From contig JALDZX010000098.1 of the NCBI GenBank assembly GCA_022813865.1, positions 1 to 44,107 on the forward strand: a stretch of DNA of 44,107 nucleotides. Reading direction: 5' to 3'. The notes under the pieces are model-generated. The model made no database searches. It was not told the origin of the DNA and worked only from the letters and a program-made list of their open reading frames with translations. Positions within the stretch are counted from its first letter, which is position 1, and each line of letters opens with the position of its first letter. Shown here one piece after another: positions 35,817-44,107 of this stretch. This DNA comes from Xylographa opegraphella (Eukaryota). Both the position numbers and the translations under genes were made by a program.

Positions 35817-36095
35817 AAATGAGAGATCGGAATGTTGTCGCTGGAAGGGATATACTCGAGATGCCCGGAGGTAGGGCGTAAGCGGCAGTGAGGAGTGCTC
35901 GTATTGCTGAAAGAACGCGGGCTCTGTTCTTGAAGTGAGAAACTGAAGCTGGAGACTAGAGCGGTGTAAGCAAATGAGAGATAATGTTGTTGTCGCTGGA
36001 AGTGGTGCTGAGGCCGGATACCTGAGATGCCTGGCGTAAGGCCGTACGCTTTGAAAGAAAATGTGGCTTGTGCTTGAAGTGAAAACCCGAAGCTG
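35817..36095. repeat. Diverged direct duplication of about 125-135 bp (35817-35951 and 35972-36095)
   Basis: Shared blocks in the same order: AAATGAGAGAT, TGTTGTCGCTGGAAG, GAGATGCC, GGCGTAAG, TGAAAGAA, CTTGAAGTGA, GAAGCTG. Confidence 0.75.
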
Positions 36096-36410
36096 ATGAA
36101 CACACCATGGACAAGAACGCAGCCATCAAGCGAGACCGAGATATGCATCTCTCTGGCAGTCATACTACCTCGACGCTTGATATCAATAAGAACCGTGCGG
36201 CCCTAAGCAGCAGGTACGCCCTAGTGACAGTAAAGAGCGCTGGTGTAGCTGAAACGAAATGGATAGTCCACGCTTGTTCCGTGCTCGAGAAGCCGAAGCT
36301 ATCATCTCCTTCTTGCAGGCGATCGATTGGAGACAGGAGAAACCCTCCGACGGCGTTGGTGTCGGTTTCGACGGTCTGTGTCTCGTCTTACATGTGTATC
36401 TGAGATATTG

Positions 36411-38316
36411 TTAACCTTCGTCGTCACTTTCAACTTCGTCGTAAATACCAGGTCGTTCTCCCCTATCAAGCATCGGACGCTGCCACGGCTGCCACTGCCG
36501 ACGTACCACTGACATCACTTCCGCTTCTGGGGCTCGGGCTCCGTGTTGGCCTCCGTCATCCGTAAGGACGTCATCCTCGATTATATGCACAACAGCTGGA
36601 TTCAGCACTGGCGCTTGTGGCGGATCTTCAGCTTGTATGCCGTCCACCAAGTCTTCCTCCTGAAAGAACCACGCTTCGGCAGTCACATCTCGAGCACCAG
36701 CCGCTTCCTCATCTAGGAGATCGGCGTCATCAGGCACGATGTGAGCATCACCAGGCGCACCCGTATTGGCTGGACGTGGGAAAAGGTTTTGTGTGTGCCA
36801 GCGGCAGATCTCCTGGTGAGCAATGTTGCCCTGCCGTTGAATTTCATTCCAGGGAGCAAAGCAATCCCAGCAGAATTGATGGCCACACTGCGTACCTGTA
36901 GGGGAATTTAGCCTCCGCCGTGATCATAGGAGGGCAGGATGTCAAAAAAGTTTCGTAGCAAGGTACTAGACCATGTCATCCATGGAAAACATAGTTTACT
37001 TACAAGTCATGTGCGAACAACCTCCGTTCTTCTCGATCGGTCTTCCGCAGGACTCTTGTGGACATGCCTTTGTGTTGGCTGCGAGATAAGCCTCGTTTGC
37101 CATACGCTCCCGGCGCTCTGCCTTGGCTACCTGCCTATCCACTTGCGCACAAGTCTGCCCTTCATGCCACTCCGTCTCATGGACAAAGCATGTTTTACGT
37201 TGACACGCATGACAGGTCACTAGAAGTATCGGTTCAGCATTACCGTTCGGGAATCTTCTGTATCGCAAAATGCATAGGAAGAGCAGTGGAACTGTTGATT
37301 CTCCTTCACATGAAGCATTTCTCTCGTTTCCGCCAAGCAGCACATAGCAGGGGCAGATAATTTAACGAAAGGGAGACTGACTAATAGGCTGTGCAGCACC
37401 TTGGTAGTGGATTTGTCCAGATTCACAACCTAGGGATAGACAGCGGCGGAAGTTCGGGAGCGCTGACATTGCTTCCAAGTTGGTAAGATTGTCATAGCTT
37501 TCAAAAAGTCAGTTAGATAATATTACAAAAATGTTCCGGGCCTCACCGTTGGAAGACCGGTTCTGTAGCAAATGCCTTGATATCATTATAGCTGAGGCGA
37601 GCTTTGCACGTAGGACAGTCGATTTGGTTCCAAATCTTGGAATCGATCTGTGAAACAATAGATTGTGCAAGGCAGTCTGAGCATATGGAAGGGTCATGGT
37701 TGCAAGCCTCTGTAACTCTTCTATTCGGAGTAGTGGCGATCGTCAAGGCCCCGAGACACGCTATACACTCTGAAGTGATGGCATCCAAATCGCCAAAGGT
37801 ATTACTTGCGGCTTGATCCGTGGACGCATCGGGAGTCGTTTCCCTTGAAGAGTGGAGTCGTTTCCTTGAAGAGGTTACTGTAGACGTAACATGGTTTGCA
37901 TGCCCATGTCGTCGACTGCGATCCCCGCGTCTGTCGTGATGATGCGGAACGAGTACTCTTGTCGTAGGGGCTATACTCGAAGGTAAGCGCTGGCTCATTG
38001 AAGCTGTGTGAGATCCTGGTTCTGAAGACACTGTATCATTTTCGGCCAACCGCAACATATTTCGGGCCGTTACCGGGGCACTCCGGTTTAAGACATGATG
38101 CCGAACTTCGTCATCAAGACCTCTTGACGTGACCAAGTTATTTAGCATAACGAGGAGTTCGATCCGCCTGTAGTGGTGGACCGTGCATCCTTGAGGTTGT
38201 ACCCCATAGTGTTCCAGGATTCTCCAGATATCCGCTTCCCTATAGGCAGCACTTCTAAGTCCAAGAATATATGCTGGCAAACCAGCTGCCCGTATCATTT
38301 CTCTATATGAGGCCAT
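36411..38316 (-). CDS. RBR (RING1-IBR-RING2) E3 ubiquitin ligase
   Basis: Exons 38316-37547, 37497-37382, 37219-37004, 36895-36411. RING1 CIAC..CNHDPSICSDC..CPTC; IBR RRCLSLGC..MTCHAC..CFVHETEWHEGQTC; RING2 [31 protein letters not shown]; acidic tail. Confidence 0.9.
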
Positions 38317-41300
38317 GACTGGGAGTGTCAGCAGAATTTGGTCTGGGCAGAACTGGAGCAGCTCTTCGACAACGGCAGTATAAGCTTGTGCTTATCTAAG
38401 TGAGGCAGAGTTATACGCGTCTACAGGAAGTGATAAAGAAAAGAACGATGAGTGAAAGGTATATGATGAACTGTCAGCACAACTTGCAGGAAGGTACTCA
38501 GGTCCTTCGATGAAGTTTCAAAGACGACGCTAGGTTTGTTCTGCCAGCGGAATGTGGGACGAGAAGCTTCTGGTGTTATCTTATCAGCACGAGCAAAAGC
38601 TGCAGCCGTCGAATTATGAGCACAGGAGTGCTTATCATGGATGAAGCAGATCGTGTAGACGATACCACAGTAGGCTCTTAGCGATAGACTAGCTCTTTCT
38701 CGGAATAAAGTGGCGACGATTTAATAGCATTTCAAAGACGAGGGTACATAACAACTGAGATCAACCACCTTTGTATCACTCATTCGCTAAAGATCTTCAG
38801 TGTGGAGGTTGCGAAGAGTATCTCCGTCATATTACTATAGTTGTCGAGTTGGTACTCCAACTAAACAAAAACATTGCCGATTGATATGACAGTGGTGTAG
38901 TACTTCAAACAAAGGTAGCGTGAGCTGAGAATCACGGGAATTGTAGCTTATGATTGAGCACACACCTACCTTCATAGGTCACGCAAATGAATGAGATATT
39001 CTACGAGTCAGAAGACCGACATAGACTTACCTTCATAATTGCGCATTTGGCCTTTGGAGTGGATCAAATTTGCTGCTGTGAAAGCTCGAGCTCCTCGTCT
39101 GACATCGCTCAAGCGATAGTCACCCAAAGTACTTCTGCTTTGTCGTGTATAGCCTAGTCTAAACGACTTGGGGTAGCACCCTGCTTAGATGCAAAAATGA
39201 ATTCTCGGACTTCACCCGAAAATGCTGTAACGCTATCAGGATACTACCTTGTGCCCTCAACACGTATGTCGACGTACTCTGTTTGTGATCTTTGTAGGAC
39301 TACCTGCCACGACAAGGATTGGCCGAGCCGACGCAGAATGCCGGTCAAGTCAATGCTGTAAATCATGCTAGAAATTGAATGTCTTGGAGCTCGGACAGGT
39401 GATCATCAGACAGAGGTTACGCGCATATAGCATTACGGGCCATGGAAATTGCAGTTACGTAAAACAGAGCAAGTACGACAAGGCCGAAGGGGAAGATAGC
39501 ATAAGACCTCAGTATTGATTGCGATGGCATCAAAGCTCTTGCCGATGAAATCGCACTGACGGCAACTCAGAAAATAACCATGGTGATAGTTTCGCGCTTG
39601 CAGCGGTGTCATCCCCAATGGTTTTACGTGGTCAGTCAAAGTTGTTTTGTGAGTAACAGAAAGAGATGAAAGGAGCTCGTCTCATGTGTACAGCTTCTTT
39701 CTGCTCGACATTGGCCTCACTATTGGTGATTGGATCTGACACATTTGCTTGCCAAGGCTAGGACCAAGTTAAACAGGTATACTGGCGATATGCGATAAGG
39801 GTAAGGCGAATAGGAGATTTTGAGACGGTTTGCGTATAGGTATATGCAAGCTGAACACATATAGCCCTGACGAGAGACACGCTACAGCATTAAGCTATGA
39901 GACATATATGGGGTTCTGACGGGCCGATTCATGGCTTGCTGTCCGATCTCTCAGGCTTACATCCTCGAGGCCGAGAGGCGAACCAGAGAAGCGATCCGTC
40001 CGTCTTAAGGCCGCGGATTCCAAACTGAGGCTGGTCGTTGTGGAGGCCGCATCTTCGCCGGTCTCACACTTGCATGCGTCTTTTGATAATGCACAAGGTG
40101 GGATCAAGAATAACAGACAAGCAGGGATGAACAGCACCAAAACGTCGGTATGAACTAGAGGAACCCATCCGCATCAGCTTGAAGCGCACAAATGACAAGG
40201 GTCTTGGCCGTTGGGAAAACACAACAAAGCGACCCGTCCGAGGGCTACGGAGTAAGCAGGGCAGCCGTGCGTCTTCAATGGAGAAGGTAGCTAATTGACA
40301 AGCCTCCTTATCATTGACCTCGGTGGAGTGTGAGGCGTGCATGCATAGAGGAGGACGGGGTCAAATCTATGCTTATTATTTTGGCGATTGCCGCGGCTCC
40401 TTTGGAGGGAGACATGCAGGGTGACGGGTTCCAGGACTGCAGGTCAAGAGCTCAGAGGAAGCGATCGGAGAATATGCTGAAGGTACTTGGTAGAGACCCA
40501 TAGCTGTCCACCACGTGGACGGAAATCTGACCTCGTCGTAGTACTGTGGTAGTCGTACTTTTCACTCGAGCGCCTGGCGGGAAGCACTAGTCCGGATCAA
40601 GTTAGCAAGCTTGCTTAACGATGCCACTTCTGTTTGCTGATATGGAAAGTGGAGCTGCTCCGTACAGCAAGTACTCCGACTCGTTGAAGCCTCCTATTAG
40701 GTATCTGGCACAATAGGGAAGAAAACCATGTGAACACCAATGTGGTAGTTTGAGGTGAACAGATAACAGTTTTCTTATCAGATGTTTCGGAAGCTTGCGG
40801 TCACCTTGGAGTGGCTTAACCGACCGTTGCAACTTGCCACAAGCAAAAACTTGGTCGGGAGCACCGAAGGCCATCAACGGAACGACATGCGAGGTACCGG
40901 ACCCGAACATGCGGTCCACCAATCACTTTGTGGTGGGGAATGAGGTTGCATTTCACCTTAGCAGAATGCTAGTGATATTATTGGCAGTCTACCGCCTGAT
41001 GGCCGTCAAAGCTGGCCGCGCCGCTAGAAACAACAAGATCCACCCACGTACGGCCGCATACTGGGACCCAACTTGGATGAATCTGGCAGTAGCCGTCATG
41101 AGTGGGGCTTTGCTTATTCGTATCACGGACTCGCAGGCATCCGCTGCGAAGGAAAGTGCTGTAGAGCGTGGTCCGACGATGACGGACTCTGCATATCAAA
41201 CGGAGGGGTGCGAGGATCCTGAGCAATCCGACCAATCTTGGTAACGGGCCCTAACTACTTACTAGGGCGATTACACAATAGTGGGGATCCGCGGCTACAC

Positions 41301-43297
41301 TAGCGCTCCCATAGACCACAGCGGAGGACCAAGGAAGGCTAACTGCTTTGCGCGCTCAAGCAGCGAAGACGAATTGACGATCTTTTCCGTCACCGTCTCG
41401 CCCCTCCCCCTGGCGGAAAACGGAGGTTTTGTCGTTGGGGTCTAGCACGCGACGAGAGGACTGTCGATCTAGGAATCGTGGCATCCGGGATTCCTTCGAG
41501 GTTGGATCTGCCTCGAGGAGCTGATCCCCCCAGTCGATCTCCCTTCGCTTCCGACCGCTCGTCATTGGACAGTAACCAAAGTCTGACGCCAGCGAGATTC
41601 GTGGGGATCGCATGGGTCGTCTTCGAACGACAGTGGAAGAAGAAAAAGAAAATCAAGGAAGCACAAAAGAAAAAGAAAGTGGGAAAATACCACATCATTG
41701 ATTGGTCGCCGGAACTGGAGTTGGCAGGCAGGTCGTGCTGCAGCTCTGGCGCTCCAATGCAAATCTAGAGTGGACGTCACCGCCTCGCCTCGGCCTTACC
41801 GGACCACATCCCTCATACGGCAGTGCGTCCGATTCGTCCCGGAGCCGAACTCCCTTTCCAAATTGACCGACTGAATTTACGCTTCGAGTCTGCGGTACAC
41901 TTTCACAACGGCGATCTGAAATGGTAGTATTACTGGGGGCACAGGCTCTGACTCGTGCACTCGGTTACACTCACTGCCGGGCCCTTGCAAAATGATTTTG
42001 ATTTCATCAATAGCCGCCGCTCGTGCGTGAGAAGATCATGAGGTACCAAGGTATTTCCCAAAAATCATCGAACTTCATGCTGCGCCGCCGAACCTTTGGG
42101 TCCCCCGCGGACCGGTGGCTGATGACGAGGCAGCAGCTTCGATCGCTGCAATCATCAATCTTGCTGGCCATCAAGCAATGAATCCAATAACCGACGCCGC
42201 TCTTCTCCCTCGGTTGCTGCTCATACGCTAAGATCACGATAGACTGGGGGGACTGGATTGTTAGTAATCACTACCATCGTAGGGAACGTCGCTGACGAAC
42301 GACTATCGTGGGTTGCAGCTGGGCTCCAACGCCCCTGCATCCTCCCATTTAAGCTTGAACTTGAGCTTCGTGTTAACACGCTCGGTCACGGTCCCGATCA
42401 CGGTCGTGGGCATGGTCATGGCTGTGGCCGTCGTGTTGCTTTCCATTCGTAGGGCAATATTCCCCGTGCACGCGCTGCTTGCTTCTGGTGGAGCACACTT
42501 GGAGGGTGCAAGGCTCAGCATGTCGCGTATACAAGCCAATCAATCTTGGACCCCACCTAGGGCCCCAAAGGCGCTGGCGGCAGTGGCTTGATGCAAGCCT
42601 GAGCGGAGCCAAACGCTGTCGCGTACCAAGTACTTACCGTAGTAGATAGATCGATCCCGGAGAGTGGTGCATGGCCACGGGTCCCACCTCGAGAGTCAGA
42701 TAGGAAGGGTGGTGGACGGGGGAATGAATCTTATCACGTTGAGGGTGTGACGCTTCGCCTCATACTTCCGGCAAATAGGACATCTGGGCGCCGCTGCTGG
42801 GTCTACTGGGGTATCACTGCGAGTACTGTCTCCTGGACGTAAGTTGGCCGTCATACATTTTTTGTCGAGCTTTCTGGGTGACAGATTCCTGCCGAAGAAG
42901 CCTCGGGGCGATGACCCCGGTTGCGAGAGAGTGACATCTGCGTCTTGCATGTGGGCGAGGCGGCCAAGAGCGCTGCTGATTGGCCAGTCTCATGTAGACG
43001 GGGCGATGATAATTAGTAAATCTACGCCCTCGGCCGCCAGGTAGGAAACCTACCAGGTTAGTAAGGCTCTAGTGGGAGCGAGGGGACTTGGAAGCAAGTA
43101 CGTAAGCTATTGTGGCAATTATTGATCGGGAAAGGTGGGCAGCGGCAGCCACAGTCACGATGGCGGAGGCAAAAAAAAAGCAAGCAGACGTTTGTTTCAT
43201 GATCGTCTGCTTTTCGTCGAAGACCCCCTTCCATCGACGGCACGATGTAGCCATTAAACTAGTGACGATGATTGTGATTCCCTACTCGAGTCATGTC

Positions 43298-43339
43298 CCA
43301 GTGTCCAGTGCCCAGTGCTCAGTGCCCGCTGCCCACTGC
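43298..43339. repeat. Degenerate heptamer repeat (CCAGTGY) x 6
   Basis: ccagtgt ccagtgc ccagtgc tcagtgc ccgctgc ccactgc. Confidence 0.75.
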
Positions 43340-44048
43340 CCTGGCTCAATTTCCCCTTCTCTGCTCGTCTGTTTCGACCAGGGAGACGGAAGCAAAGCCG
43401 CCATCACGATACGGAGTACGCCATATGCGATGGGGGGACTCGTTATCATCTGACTTCGAACGCCTCGGCGCTGGCAGTCCGTATCGCTCAAACCCCATCA
43501 ATAATGGCGCCAGTATGGAGGAATTCCCCCCGCCTCACTACTACGGAGCAGATACTCCTGCTGCTACTCCCTCGCTACTGCTACTCACACGCTGCGACGG
43601 GGGGTTCCATCATGGGGCACGCTATTGCAGATGGGCAAGAGATCGTCGTCGCTGATGAAATCCCTCGCTCCTGTCCGGCCATGGCGTAAAGGCTGCCGAA
43701 CCGTCGGGCCTTGCTTGAGCGAGTCGCTGGCTTTTTCTTCCTCCCGAAGCTGGGATGCGTCGTGCTCGTGGGTCTGGCTTCCTCGTGAGCCGGCCAGGCT
43801 GGGAGTCCCCGTCCGACCTTCCTGCCCTCATGGCCCAGCCCTTCTCCCCCGACTTACCGCGAGTGGGACTAGTGTCTGGAGGATATGGGATCGGATCAGG
43901 GGAGGGATAGACATCCTTTCTCGACAGCACGAACCAATCTCGGGCGGCAGATGGCACGCTACCTCGTTGGTTCTCTTCAATCCTTTGCCTTCCACACCAC
44001 AATCATCCACAAACCCACAACCCACAACCACCAAACACTCACACCCCC

Positions 44049-44049
<1 letters not shown>

Positions 44050-44107
<58 letters not shown>
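44050..44107. repeat. Poly-C homopolymer running to the window end
   Basis: 58 uninterrupted C, preceded by a C/A-rich tract; probably the cause of a contig break. Confidence 0.9.

Noticed and set aside
40795..41244. 149-aa ORF as a gene
   Set aside because: Non-ATG start, no recognisable motif or splice structure.
44050..44107. Telomere, or two-colour sequencing poly-G artefact
   Set aside because: No TTAGGG repeats; a poly-G read-end artefact would appear as G at a 3' end or C at a 5' end, not C at the 3' end. The true run length remains uncertain.

Overview
Eukaryotic DNA from a filamentous ascomycete (Pezizomycotina): genes carry short GT-AG introns, and no operons, CRISPR arrays, tRNA or rRNA genes were recognised. 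Eleven spliced protein-coding genes were reconstructed by hand: a carotenoid cleavage oxygenase, an auxin-efflux-carrier (AEC/PILS-like) transporter, RPL24, UBC13, the GATOR2/SEA subunit WDR59/Sea3/Mtc5, BLOC-1 subunit CNL1, an Svl3/Pam1-like ketopantoate-reductase-fold protein, DASH subunit Hsk3, the nitrogen regulator AreA/NIT-2, a secreted CE2-like SGNH esterase and an RBR E3 ligase. The window starts inside an AT-rich fold-back repeat (100-bp inverted arms) and ends in a poly-C run. About 5.7 kb at the right end has no gene I can support. I did not find a clearly novel system. The best leads are three dense HGATAR clusters upstream of genes in the same window as areA, an upstream ORF overlapping areA, an RBR ligase with a possible HeH/SAP-like N-terminus, tandem repeats with RIP-type variation, and sharp GC-rich, strand-skewed islands. 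All family assignments are from recognised motifs; no database search was run.
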